Source: Candidatus Zixiibacteriota bacterium (GTDB lineage Bacteria; RBG-13-66-14; B26-G2; WVWN01). Taken from it: a stretch of 48,287 bases of DNA. The notes below the pieces were generated by a model that saw only the letters and a list, made by a program, of their open reading frames with translations, ran no database searches and was not told the origin of the DNA. The DNA lies in NCBI GenBank assembly GCA_050117845.1, contig JASFLY010000022.1:1-48287 (forward strand), in the 5' to 3' direction. Positions 8,240 through 17,567 of the stretch are shown here, in pieces (position 1 is the stretch's first letter; every line of letters starts with the position of its first letter). Made by a program: the position numbers and the translations under genes.

Positions 8240-9556
8240 ATGGTAACTCCGGTTGTAGGTATACGCCGAGAAGACGTTAATCGGTGGGAACGGCGCGCGC
8301 CGCTGACGCCGCGGGAAGTGGAACGGCTGGTCCGCGACGAGGGCGTGCGGGTCATCGTGCAACCTTCCGATATCCGGGTCTTCGACGCCGCGTCTTACGA
8401 GGCGGCCGGGGCCACGATATCCGAAGACCTAAGCCCCTGCCATTTCGTCTTCGCCGTCAAGGAAGTCCCCCCGGATCTAATCCTCCCCGATACGGTTTAC
8501 ATGTACTTCGCCCATGTGGTCAAGGGCCAAACCGCCAATATGCCCATGCTGCGGCGCCTCGTCGAGACCGGCTGTTCGTTAATAGATTACGAGCGCATCG
8601 TCGACGAGGCCGGCCGGCGGCTCGTCTTTTTCGGCCGCTTCGCCGGCCTGGCCGGGATGATCGACTCGCTGTGGGCTTTGGGGAAACGCCTGGCCCACGA
8701 GGGGCGGCCCAACCCCTTCGCCGACCTCAAAGCGGCGTGGCAATACGGGAGTTTGGACGCGGCCCGGCAGGCGATGGCGGAGGTGGGGGAGAAGATAGGC
8801 CGGCACGGCCTCGGCGCCGACCTCGCCCCCTTTATTATCGGGATCGCCGGCTACGGCAACGTCTCCCTCGGCGCCCAGGAAATCCTGGACCTGTTTCCCG
8901 TGAAGGAAATCGGGCCGGACGAGGTCGCCTGGGTCGCCGGGCGGCCGGACCCTTCCGACAAGACCGTCTATAAGGTGGTATTTAAGGAAAGGGACATGGT
9001 CACGCCGCGGGCGGAGGGCGCCGCGTTCGACCTGAAGGACTATTACGATTTCCCGGCGAAGTACGCGCCGGTGCTTTCGGGATACCTGCCGCATCTTACC
9101 GTACTCGTTAATTGCATTTACTGGGACGACCGGTATCCCCACTTCGTGTCGCGCGCCGACCTGGCGGACCTCTACTCCGGCCCCGAGTCGCCCTGGCTCC
9201 GCGTCATAGGCGACATAAGTTGCGACGTGGGGGGCGGCGTCGAGGCCACCGTCAAGGCCACGACGCCCGAGGCGCCCGTTTACGTTTACGACGTGGGCCG
9301 CGGCCGGGCCATCGACGGCGTGGCGGGTAAGGGCCCGGTCATCCTCGCCGTGTACAACCTCCCGGCCGAACTGCCGTACGACTCCTCGGTGTACTTCGGT
9401 TCTAAACTCGAGCCGTACGCCGCCCCCATAGCGTACGCTCGGTGGGACGCTAATTTCGGGGAAGCGGGACTACCGGCGGCCGTCCGGGCCGCGACGATAC
9501 TCTACCGCGGCGAATTCACGCCGCCCTACCAATACTTGGAAAGGTATATCGGGTAA
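8240..9556 (+). CDS. Lysine-ketoglutarate reductase (LKR; AlaDH/PNT fold, AASS N-terminal-like)
   Basis: RREDVNRWERRAPL, AVKE, FAHVVKGQ, LIDYE, GYGNVS, NCIYW, DISCD, NLPAELP. Start refined to ATG 8240. Confidence 0.9.
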   Translation: MVTPVVGIRREDVNRWERRAPLTPREVERLVRDEGVRVIVQPSDIRVFDAASYEAAGATISEDLSPCHFVFAVKEVPPDLILPDTVYMYFAHVVKGQTANMPMLRRLVETGCSLIDYERIVDEAGRRLVFFGRFAGLAGMIDSLWALGKRLAHEGRPNPFADLKAAWQYGSLDAARQAMAEVGEKIGRHGLGADLAPFIIGIAGYGNVSLGAQEILDLFPVKEIGPDEVAWVAGRPDPSDKTVYKVVFKERDMVTPRAEGAAFDLKDYYDFPAKYAPVLSGYLPHLTVLVNCIYWDDRYPHFVSRADLADLYSGPESPWLRVIGDISCDVGGGVEATVKATTPEAPVYVYDVGRGRAIDGVAGKGPVILAVYNLPAELPYDSSVYFGSKLEPYAAPIAYARWDANFGEAGLPAAVRAATILYRGEFTPPYQYLERYIG

Positions 9557-9566
9557 GGTCGGGATC

Positions 9567-10889
9567 GTGGCTAAACGGATACTGATGCTCGGGGCCGGCA
9601 TGGTCGCGGGGCCCCTCGTCGATTACATATTAACCCGCACCGATTTCGAGCTGAATATCTCGAGCCTCGACGTCGATCGGGCCAAAAGCCTCATCGGAGG
9701 CCGGCCGCGGGGGACGTGCCGCTTGCTCGACGTCGACGACGAGGATACGTTAGCGGCGAAAGTGGCCGAGGCCGACCTCGTCATCAGCCTTCTCCCCTAT
9801 ATCTATCACGTTCGCGTCGCCGAGCACTGCCTTACCCACGGCAGGCCGCTGGTCACGACGTCGTACGTTAGCGCCTCCATGGCGGCGCTGGACGGCCGGG
9901 CCCGCGAGGCGGGGCTCCTTTTCCTCAACGAAATCGGGTTCGACCCCGGGGTCGACCATATGTCCGCAATGCGGATTATCGACCGCGCCCGGGCCCGGGG
10001 CGGCCGGGTCACCGGCTTCCGTTCTTATTGCGGCGGCCTGCCGGCGCCCGAGGCCAATACCAATCCCTGGGGATACAAATTCTCCTGGAGCCCCCGGGCC
10101 GTCATTTTGGCGTCGGGCAACGCCGCGACGTACTTGGAGGAGGGCCGGGAAGTCACCATCTCGGGCGAGGAACTCTTCTCGGATTGCCGGACGGTTGACG
10201 TGCCCGGCGCCGGGGAGTTCGAGCGTTATCCGAACCGCGACTCCCTGCCCTATATCGAGACCTACGGCCTGGAGGGCGTCGAGACGATGTTCCGGGGCAC
10301 GCTGCGGAACCCGGGTTGGTGCCGAACCTGGCTCGCCCTGTCGAGACTCGGCTTCCTCGCCGCCGACCGGCGCGACTTAGGCGAAATATCTTACCGGGAG
10401 TTCTGCGCCCGGGTAATGGGGACGGCGGGGGAGAACGTGAAGGCCGAATTCGCGGCCCGGGCCGGCCTGCCCGAGGATTCGGACGTCGTCGGCCGGCTGG
10501 AGTGGCTGGGCTTTTTCTCGGATGAGCCGCTGCCCTGTCCGCGAGCCGCGCCCCTGGACGTACTCGCGACGCGGCTCGAGGAGAAATGCGCGTACGAACC
10601 GGGCGAGCGCGATATGATCGTTCTGTATCACGACTTCGAGATATCGTACGAAGGCGCACGCCGCGAACACGTCACGTCCACCCTCGTGGATTACGGCGTG
10701 CCGGGCGGCGACTCGGCCATGGCCCGGACCGTGAGTCTTCCCGCCGCGATCGCCTCCCGTCTGATACTCGAGGGGCGGCTGGCCCTCGCCGGCGTCCGGG
10801 TCCCCGTGATGCCGGAGATATACGAGCCCGTAATGGACGAACTCGAAACCCTCGGCATCAAGTGCCATGAAAGGACTGAGGCCGCTTAA
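9567..10889 (+). CDS. Saccharopine dehydrogenase (glutamate-forming)
   Basis: GAGMV Rossmann motif, NEIGFDPGVDH, SYCGGLPAPE, YKFSWSP, YPNRDS, RGTLR, SAMARTV. Confidence 0.93.
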   Translation: MAKRILMLGAGMVAGPLVDYILTRTDFELNISSLDVDRAKSLIGGRPRGTCRLLDVDDEDTLAAKVAEADLVISLLPYIYHVRVAEHCLTHGRPLVTTSYVSASMAALDGRAREAGLLFLNEIGFDPGVDHMSAMRIIDRARARGGRVTGFRSYCGGLPAPEANTNPWGYKFSWSPRAVILASGNAATYLEEGREVTISGEELFSDCRTVDVPGAGEFERYPNRDSLPYIETYGLEGVETMFRGTLRNPGWCRTWLALSRLGFLAADRRDLGEISYREFCARVMGTAGENVKAEFAARAGLPEDSDVVGRLEWLGFFSDEPLPCPRAAPLDVLATRLEEKCAYEPGERDMIVLYHDFEISYEGARREHVTSTLVDYGVPGGDSAMARTVSLPAAIASRLILEGRLALAGVRVPVMPEIYEPVMDELETLGIKCHERTEAA

Positions 10890-10914
10890 AGGGTAACGCC
10901 TAAAAATCGCAAGT

Positions 10915-10946
10915 AAAAAAGCCGGCCCTCGGGGCCGGCTATTCTT
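10915..10946. terminator. Bidirectional intrinsic terminator between SDH and YHS genes
   Basis: A6 run, AGCCGGCCC-TCG-GGGCCGGCT hairpin, then ATTCTT. Confidence 0.8.
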
Positions 10947-10965
10947 CTACCGTTCGGTTGGCCGA

Positions 10966-11145
10966 CTAGCCGCCGCAGCAGCTACAGCCGCCGCTCTTCT
11001 CGCCGCCCAGGTATTTTTCCGGGTCGGCGTCGAAAGCGCTTTTGCATCCCGGAGCGCAGAAGTAATACGTTTCGCCTTTGTAATCGGAAGTAGCGGCGGG
11101 GTTCGACTCGTCGACTTCCATGCCGCATACCGGGTCTTTCGCCAT
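10966..11145 (-). CDS. YHS/TRASH domain small metal-binding protein (59 aa) with Cys-rich tail
   Basis: Below ORF-track cutoff; hand translation MAKDPVCGMEVDESNPAATSDYKGETYYFCAPGCKSAFDADPEKYLGGEKSGGCSCCGG; AAGGAGG SD. Confidence 0.95.
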   Translation of the reverse strand: MAKDPVCGMEVDESNPAATSDYKGETYYFCAPGCKSAFDADPEKYLGGEKSGGCSCCGG

Positions 11146-11209
11146 CGAAGATACCTCCTTAACGCTTTTAATATTCCGGCAATAGGCCGCCGGTTCGATT
11201 TCTATATAT

Positions 11210-11238
11210 ATTATAAGTTAATAGGTAATATTTGTCAA
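11210..11238 (-). promoter_or_regulatory. Perfect-consensus sigma70 promoter for the YHS gene
   Basis: TTGACA (11238-11233)-N17-TATAAT (11215-11210). Confidence 0.85.
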
Positions 11239-11274
11239 TAGCGCCGGGCCGGCCCGGTCCCCGGCGCGCCGACG

Positions 11275-13905
11275 TTATTCGTAGGCCGTCTGTTGGACGT
11301 CGACCTTATCCACGTAGACGATGGCGCCGCCGTGGTACTTGACCTTATACTCGCACTTCGTTTTTTCGGTGAGGGTGAAGTCCAGCGTGAACTTCTGGTA
11401 TCCGGGAGAGCCCGCCAGCGTCCCCGCGCTGATGGTCTTGGAGGCCGTCGTGCTGGGGATGCTGCCCTCTTCGATCGACGCGGTCGCGACGCTGATGGTC
11501 GCCGCCGGTTTGGTATAGCCGGGGTCGCCTTCCGCCCGGAGGTAGAAGTGGGCCTGGTATTCGCCCCGCTCGAGGGTTTGGTAAGGGCCCCACAAAACGG
11601 CGTCGGCTTCTACGCCGTCCGCGAGTGACACGGCGAGGGCCGAACCTTCGGACGCGCCGGCGTCATCCACGACGTTCCCGATGTGGGACATGTGCTCTTC
11701 GTCCTCGGCCTGCCATGTCCACCAGCGGCCCACCCAACTCGGCTCGAGCCACGGGTAGGGATAGACGCACGCTTCGGCCACGTTCAACGCCGTCGCGCCG
11801 TCGTACGTCAGCGCGACGTTCCACTCTTCCGGGTCGGCCTCGAAATTGAGTGTTACCTCCCGTTCGCCCGGCGCGGTCTCGGCGGCCGCGACCACCTCGT
11901 CCCCCGACGTCACTTTAATCCTACCGGCTTCGGCCGCCGTCGCCTTGACGCGGACGGCGTAGTCGTCGAACTCCGCGTTAAGGGGCGCCGGGAGAGGCAG
12001 CCGTTCCCCGGGTGCGAGGTCCTCGCCCGACTCATCCAACGCGAGCCATTCGCCGCGCGCCACCCAAATCGGCGTCGCGAACGCCACATGGCCGTCTTCG
12101 GACGTAACGCGCACGTAGTAGTAGGTCGGCTCGCCGTCGTACCAATAGTCGCGCCAGTAGAACTCGACGTGGGGGCTGCCCCCGACGTTCATCACGTCGA
12201 GTACCGTCTCGCCGCCGCGGATCACCTCTATCGATTTTAAGCGGCCCTCGGTCGCGGCCTCGCCCTCGATTATCGGTTCATCTTTAACCGGGATAACACT
12301 CGCCATGGGAGCGTCGTTCACGGTGAAGTCGAGGAAGTCGCGGTTGCCGGAGGTGGCGTAGACCCGGCGCTCGTACAGGGCATCGAATACTCCGGGGCGC
12401 GTGTTCTCCTCCATGAGGCAGGCCGTGATTCCGCCGTAGTAAGGCATGTGGCGCATCCGGCTTGGGCCGTGGTTCTGGCCCGGGGCGCCGTTGTGGTTGT
12501 CGCCGCCGCCCACGAATCCCAGGATGTAGTACGAATCGAGCGCGCTGACCACGTCGCCGCCCCGCCAGACCTGGTTGGTCCAAAGCGAGTTGCCCTCGTA
12601 TTCGGATGATCCCCAGTGTGATACGATTTCCACGCAGCGGTCGAAGGCGGGGTCGAAGCTACTCCAACGGAAGCCGGCCAACGTGTGGTGGGGTATCATC
12701 ACCACTTCGCCGGGGCGGTACTTGGACCACAGCTTCAAGGGCGTGTCCGTGTCCTCGACGAACGAGCTGTAGTAGGGGCCGCCGTCGCCCCGGTAGAAAA
12801 CGCAGCGGTGGCCATAGCCGCCCGACCACGCGTCGCTGGTCCACTCGTACGCCACGAGCGTCACGAAGGCCGGCGGGTCGTTTTTGGCGTTGGCGATCTC
12901 GACGAAGGTGGGCCACTCGTCCTCGTAGATATTCTCGGCGTGGTCGGTAAGGAGGACGTCGTCGAGCAGGGCCACGTAGCGGCCGTAGTCGAAGTACTCG
13001 TCCGGCTGCCGCATGCCGTCCGAGAACGCCGAGTGGCCCTGTTCGTCGCACCAGTATATCCGGCGGTCCCAGTTCTCGCGGCAGACTATCGGGTTGCTCC
13101 GGCCGGAGAGGCCGCCGCCGCGGACTTCCACCCGGTATACCCCGGGCTCGGCGACCGTGAAGCCCTCGACTTCCAGGTAGTTCGCGTCCTTCTTCGTCAG
13201 CGACGCCGCCGCGGGGCCGGAGACGCCGTCGCCGGCGAGCGTGACGTCTCCCTTCCAGGGCTTGGGCGGGGGGTTGTTGTTCTCGTCCAGGACGGCGGCC
13301 TTGACGGCGAAGGGTTCGCCCGGCGTCACGCAGGTCGGCGCCACGACGCGGAAACGCGCCGGCGGCCCCCCCGGAATGTGGATGACGGTCGTCCGGCCTT
13401 CGGCGAGCACGGGGCCCTCGTCTTCGCCTTCGGCCCGGGGGCCTTTGACGTACGTGAGGAGAGCTTTTTCGTCCTGGTTAAAGGGGTGGGTGTGCTCGCG
13501 TTTTAACAGCAGCTTGAATTTCTTGCCCCGTTTTAACTTGCCGCTCTTTACGACCGCTCGGATAAAATAGCTCCGGGCGCTCGCCTCTTCGGCCTCAAGG
13601 TCAAACTCGACGCCGCGCGGCGGTTTGCCGGTGAAGTAGTTGTCGGCGTCGGCGTTTTCGGTCTGCGGGAAGCCGAAGTGGTAAGGGATTTCTATCTCGA
13701 CCGCCGAACCGACCGGCGCGTCGACCGGCATCTTCACCTCGAACTTGATTTCCCGGACGACCGACCCCGCCGTCAAGACGTCGGGTTTTACTTTTACCCA
13801 GGGCTTGTCTTCGGCTGCCCCCGTACCGGTCGCCAGTACGAAGCTAATACAAATTAGAGCCGGGATGCTACGCGGCATAAGGAGAACCCCCTTGCGTTTA
13901 TTCAT
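11275..13905 (-). CDS. Exported DUF3604/PHP-like metallohydrolase with C-terminal carbohydrate-binding-like domain
   Basis: GHSAFSDG, LTDH, YEWT, GHRCV, IPHH, GGGDNHNG, RRVYATSG, YYYVRV; signal peptide. Start is ATG 13905 or 13878. Confidence 0.8.
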   Translation of the reverse strand: MNKRKGVLLMPRSIPALICISFVLATGTGAAEDKPWVKVKPDVLTAGSVVREIKFEVKMPVDAPVGSAVEIEIPYHFGFPQTENADADNYFTGKPPRGVEFDLEAEEASARSYFIRAVVKSGKLKRGKKFKLLLKREHTHPFNQDEKALLTYVKGPRAEGEDEGPVLAEGRTTVIHIPGGPPARFRVVAPTCVTPGEPFAVKAAVLDENNNPPPKPWKGDVTLAGDGVSGPAAASLTKKDANYLEVEGFTVAEPGVYRVEVRGGGLSGRSNPIVCRENWDRRIYWCDEQGHSAFSDGMRQPDEYFDYGRYVALLDDVLLTDHAENIYEDEWPTFVEIANAKNDPPAFVTLVAYEWTSDAWSGGYGHRCVFYRGDGGPYYSSFVEDTDTPLKLWSKYRPGEVVMIPHHTLAGFRWSSFDPAFDRCVEIVSHWGSSEYEGNSLWTNQVWRGGDVVSALDSYYILGFVGGGDNHNGAPGQNHGPSRMRHMPYYGGITACLMEENTRPGVFDALYERRVYATSGNRDFLDFTVNDAPMASVIPVKDEPIIEGEAATEGRLKSIEVIRGGETVLDVMNVGGSPHVEFYWRDYWYDGEPTYYYVRVTSEDGHVAFATPIWVARGEWLALDESGEDLAPGERLPLPAPLNAEFDDYAVRVKATAAEAGRIKVTSGDEVVAAAETAPGEREVTLNFEADPEEWNVALTYDGATALNVAEACVYPYPWLEPSWVGRWWTWQAEDEEHMSHIGNVVDDAGASEGSALAVSLADGVEADAVLWGPYQTLERGEYQAHFYLRAEGDPGYTKPAATISVATASIEEGSIPSTTASKTISAGTLAGSPGYQKFTLDFTLTEKTKCEYKVKYHGGAIVYVDKVDVQQTAYE

Positions 13906-13972
13906 ATTATCCTAGTATAACTTTACGGCGCAACAATAAAACGTAGGTTTCCCGTTGCGGGCGGGCCCGGCC

Positions 13973-14001
13973 TTGCCGAAAGGCACTGCGGGTATTATAA
14001 T
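13973..14001 (+). promoter_or_regulatory. Sigma70 promoter for rluD
   Basis: TTGCCG-N17-TATAAT. Confidence 0.7.
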
Positions 14002-14027
14002 CGGGGAGGGCTACGAGTGTACGACGT

Positions 14028-14957
14028 ATGGATAAACAAACCGAAAACGGGAACGACGTTCGCCTTGTCGTCGAGGCCGAGGCCGTCGGCGAGCGGCTGG
14101 ACTCCTACCTGGGCGCTCTGCTCAGGCCGTACTCGCGGTCGCGGCTGAAGGGTTTCATCGTCGCCGGCGACCTGACCGTGAACGGCGGCGCGGTAAAGGC
14201 CTCGTATCGCCTGCGCGAGGGCGACGTTATCGCCGGGACGATAAGGCCGCCGACGGACCCCCTGCCCGAGGCCGAGGATATCCCCCTTACCATATATTAC
14301 GAGGACGAGCACGTCGTCGTTATCGAGAAACCCGCCGGTATGTTGACGCACCCGGCGGGCGGCGTCAATTCCGGGACGCTCGTCAATGCGCTACTCCATC
14401 ACGTGGGGAATCTCGCGCCGGTGGGCGGCCCCCTGCGGCCGGGGATAGTGCACCGGCTGGACAAGGGCACGTCGGGCGTGCTGGTTACGGCCCGCTCGGA
14501 GTTGGGGCACCGAAAGCTGGTCGAGCAGTTCTCGCAGCGGACCACCGGCCGGACCTACGTCGCGCTGGCCCGCGGGGCCCTGCCGCTCGACGCCGGCGTG
14601 GTCGAAGCGCCCATAGGCCGCTCGAGCCGGGACCCCAAACTCTTCGCCGTCAGCCCCCTCGCGGCCAAGGACGCGAAGACGACGTACGCGGTCGTCGAGC
14701 GCTTCGGCGAGGAGGCGACGCTCCTGCGCCTCCGCCTCCATACCGGCCGGACTCATCAGATCCGCGTCCACCTCGCGTATCTGGACCACCCGATTTTGGG
14801 CGACGGGACCTACGGGTCCGCGAGCGAGCTGATAGGCCGGCCCGCGCTGCACGCGCAATCGCTTTCCTTCGACCACCCGGCCTCCGGCGAGCGGATGCGT
14901 TTTCTGTCGCCGCTACCGGCCGATTTCCTCGCTGCCGTAAATGAACTAAAAAAGTAG
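14028..14957 (+). CDS. rluD: RluA-family 23S rRNA pseudouridine synthase with S4 domain
   Basis: RLDSYL S4 domain, KPAGM, GIVHRLDKGTSG, TGRTHQIRVH, GD..YG, ALHA. Confidence 0.92.
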   Translation: MDKQTENGNDVRLVVEAEAVGERLDSYLGALLRPYSRSRLKGFIVAGDLTVNGGAVKASYRLREGDVIAGTIRPPTDPLPEAEDIPLTIYYEDEHVVVIEKPAGMLTHPAGGVNSGTLVNALLHHVGNLAPVGGPLRPGIVHRLDKGTSGVLVTARSELGHRKLVEQFSQRTTGRTYVALARGALPLDAGVVEAPIGRSSRDPKLFAVSPLAAKDAKTTYAVVERFGEEATLLRLRLHTGRTHQIRVHLAYLDHPILGDGTYGSASELIGRPALHAQSLSFDHPASGERMRFLSPLPADFLAAVNELKK

Positions 14958-14979
14958 GGGCCGACCTTCAGGTCGGCCC
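14954..14979 (+). repeat. GTAG-type REP-like palindrome overlapping the rluD stop codon
   Basis: GTAG followed by GGGCCGACC-TTCA-GGTCGGCCC; only one copy in the window. Confidence 0.45.
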
Positions 14980-15011
14980 GAGTTTGGTTTGGCCTCCACG
15001 GAAAATACCGG

Positions 15012-15040
15012 TTGACGGCCGCGGCCGTTTCGGTTATAAT
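15012..15040 (+). promoter_or_regulatory. Sigma70 promoter for rho
   Basis: TTGACG-N17-TATAAT. Confidence 0.8.
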
Positions 15041-15103
15041 TATGCATAGTAAGCCTTTGAGCTAATCCCCACCCCTCGACCTTTTCTCCACAATTTCCAT
15101 TCC

Positions 15104-16360
15104 ATGTCATTAAACTTAGCCGAATTAACGACTAAAACGACGGCGGAGCTAACGTCGCTCGCCAAAGAAATGGGTTTGACCGGCGCGTCCGGCCTGCGTA
15201 AGCAACAGCTTATTTTTAAGTTACTCGAGACGCAGGCGACGAAGAACGGCCTTATCTTCGCGGAAGGCGTTCTGGAGACCATGCCCGACGGCTACGGTTT
15301 CCTCCGTTCGCCCGCGAACAACTATCTTCCGGGGCCCGACGACATATACGTTTCGCCGTCGCAGATCCGGAGGTTCTGCCTCCGTAAGGGAGACACCGTC
15401 TCCGGCCAGGTCCGGGCGCCCAAGGACAACGAAAAGTACTTCGCTCTCCTCAAGGTGGACGCCGTCAACACGGTCGACCCGGAGGAAGCCGTCGACCGGA
15501 ACCTCTTCGACAACCTGACGCCGGTCTATCCGGACGAACGTCTGCGCCTCGAGTCCGGCGACGGGAACATGACGCTTCGCGTCCTCGACCTTATAACGCC
15601 GGTGGGCAAGGGCCAGCGGGCTCTCATCGTATCGCCGCCGCGGGCCGGCAAGACGACTATACTGCAAGACTTCGCCCACGCCATCGCCGAGAACCATCCG
15701 GACGTCCTCCTTATCGTTCTCCTTATCGACGAGCGGCCGGAGGAAGTCACGGACATGGAGCGCTCGGTCCACGGCGAGGTCATCTCGTCGACCTTCGACG
15801 AACCCGCGGACCGGCACGTCCACGTCGCCGAGATGGTCCTGGCGAAGGCCAAGCGATTGGTCGAGGCCGGCCACGACGTCGTCGTCCTGCTCGACTCCAT
15901 CACCCGCCTCGCCCGGGCGTACAACACCGTGACGCCGCACTCGGGCCGCGTCATGACCGGCGGCATCGACGCCTCCACGTTGCAGAAGCCCAAGCGCTTC
16001 TTCGGCGCCGCCCGCAACATCGAGGAGGGAGGCTCGCTCTCGGTCATCGCCACCGCGCTGGTGGACACCGGCTCCAAGATGGACGATATCATCTTCGAGG
16101 AGTTCAAGGGCACCGGCAATATGGAGTGCATCCTCGACCGGCGGTTGGTGGACCGGCGCACCTGGCCCGCCATTGACGTAGCGCGCTCCAGCACGCGCAA
16201 GGAAGAGCTGCTGTTGACCGAGGAGGAACTCAACAAGGTCCGCCTCATTCGCAAGGTCCTGGCCGATTTGAACGGCGTGGACGCTACCGAGACGCTCCTC
16301 TCCAAGATGCGCAAGACGAAGGACAACGCGGAGTTCCTCGCGAATTTGGAGAACTTATAG
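15104..16360 (+). CDS. rho: Transcription termination factor Rho
   Basis: [59 protein letters not shown]. Confidence 0.99.
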   Translation: MSLNLAELTTKTTAELTSLAKEMGLTGASGLRKQQLIFKLLETQATKNGLIFAEGVLETMPDGYGFLRSPANNYLPGPDDIYVSPSQIRRFCLRKGDTVSGQVRAPKDNEKYFALLKVDAVNTVDPEEAVDRNLFDNLTPVYPDERLRLESGDGNMTLRVLDLITPVGKGQRALIVSPPRAGKTTILQDFAHAIAENHPDVLLIVLLIDERPEEVTDMERSVHGEVISSTFDEPADRHVHVAEMVLAKAKRLVEAGHDVVVLLDSITRLARAYNTVTPHSGRVMTGGIDASTLQKPKRFFGAARNIEEGGSLSVIATALVDTGSKMDDIIFEEFKGTGNMECILDRRLVDRRTWPAIDVARSSTRKEELLLTEEELNKVRLIRKVLADLNGVDATETLLSKMRKTKDNAEFLANLENL

Positions 16361-16398
16361 CGCGGCGAGGGGAGAGGGTACCAATATAGATGACGACA

Positions 16399-16425
16399 GG
16401 GCGCCCGGCCTCGGGCGCCCGTTTT
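16399..16425 (+). terminator. Intrinsic terminator after rho (short U-tract)
   Basis: GGGCGCCCG-GCCT-CGGGCGCCC then GTTTT. Confidence 0.7.
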
Positions 16426-17555
16426 AACCGGGTCGGTCGTTACGGAGGGTAACCGATGCGGAAGTGGATGCTGATAGGTATTACGTTGGCGGCGGCGTTC
16501 GCGGCTTACGCGGACCAAACGACCGTGACGCGCGACGAATACGTCGTTTGGGTCGAAGCCTTATATTTGCGGGAACACCCGTCTGGGGGGGCCGAGATAA
16601 TCAAGACGCTGGCGCGAGACGATGAATTGATCGACCTGGGCGAAGCGCCCGTGGAGAGCGGTGGTTTCTGGTGGCGGCACGTTCGCGCCGGCGAGAACGA
16701 GGGATGGGTCGCCGATTGGTACACATTGCCCCGTGCTTATTACGACGCCTTCCGGGAGGCCGACGAGCTGGGGAAAGCCGGCGACGCGGAGGCGATGGTG
16801 GCCGCGGTTATTGAAACGGCCGTGAGCGTCGGCATCGGAGAAATGGAATCGTACGAACCTTTTTACGCCGTATCGCCGGACGGGAAGAGGATTATTATTA
16901 AGGGGGGGATAGTATCGGAAGAAGCCGATTATTGGGGAGGCCGGTACGAGGATATGGGAAGGGTTTCTTCGCCGTTTCCGGTTCTGGCTTTCGCATCGGG
17001 CAAGGGTTTAATAGATTACTTCCGGTCGTACGAGGAAATATTAGGCGAATGGTCTCCCGACTCGCGATATTACGCTTACTCGGCGAGTCCGGTGGTGACA
17101 CATTTTGCTACGGGTTATTTCGGCCTTATAAATACCGATAGCGGGAAGCGCGTTTTAGTGGGCCGCATGGTGCCGGTGCCCAGGTCGGAGGAAGTGATGT
17201 TCGGTGATTTCGAATTCGCCGACGGTTATTTGTTGTGGGTTGACGAGGAGCCGGTCGAAGAATCGGTATCGCCACTCCTTTACGGCGATTCCTCGACGCC
17301 GGTGCTGTACGCGCGCGAACTCGCGACCGGCCGGGAATTGAAACTCCTGGAAGCGGACTTGAGTACGATAGGCGGCGAGGATACCCGGACGAATTGGGCC
17401 CGGAGTCCGTGCTACCCCGTGAAAATGAAAACCGCCGATCCCTGTCCCGAGGGCGTAGAACACTCCAAACTCTATATCAAGTACTACGAGGATTCGGGGT
17501 ACGCGATTAACCGGACGCATCAATTCGAATAATAACCGGCGCCCGTTTTTACCGG
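16414..17555 (+). repeat. 18-bp imperfect direct repeat flanking the first SH3-array gene
   Basis: GGCGCCCGTTTTAACCGG (16414-16431) versus GGCGCCCGTTTTTACCGG (17538-17555), 17/18 identical. Confidence 0.75.
16456..17532 (+). CDS. Exported SH3b-like domain protein, array paralog 1
   Basis: Signal peptide; LYLREHP...WRHVRAGENEGWV SH3b pattern; ADELGKAGDA, VSPDG, WSPDSRY. Confidence 0.8.
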   Translation: MRKWMLIGITLAAAFAAYADQTTVTRDEYVVWVEALYLREHPSGGAEIIKTLARDDELIDLGEAPVESGGFWWRHVRAGENEGWVADWYTLPRAYYDAFREADELGKAGDAEAMVAAVIETAVSVGIGEMESYEPFYAVSPDGKRIIIKGGIVSEEADYWGGRYEDMGRVSSPFPVLAFASGKGLIDYFRSYEEILGEWSPDSRYYAYSASPVVTHFATGYFGLINTDSGKRVLVGRMVPVPRSEEVMFGDFEFADGYLLWVDEEPVEESVSPLLYGDSSTPVLYARELATGRELKLLEADLSTIGGEDTRTNWARSPCYPVKMKTADPCPEGVEHSKLYIKYYEDSGYAINRTHQFE

Positions 17556-17567
17556 AAGGGAAACGTT

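Noticed and set aside
11241..11267. GC hairpin after the DUF3604-like gene as a terminator
   Set aside because: Stem present but no convincing U-tract; not listed as a feature.
15526..16518. Long antisense ORFs (also 22863..24008, 24227..25333, 38784..39782, 40778..41968)
   Set aside because: Shadow frames of well-supported genes; expected from high-GC codon bias, with no recognisable motifs.
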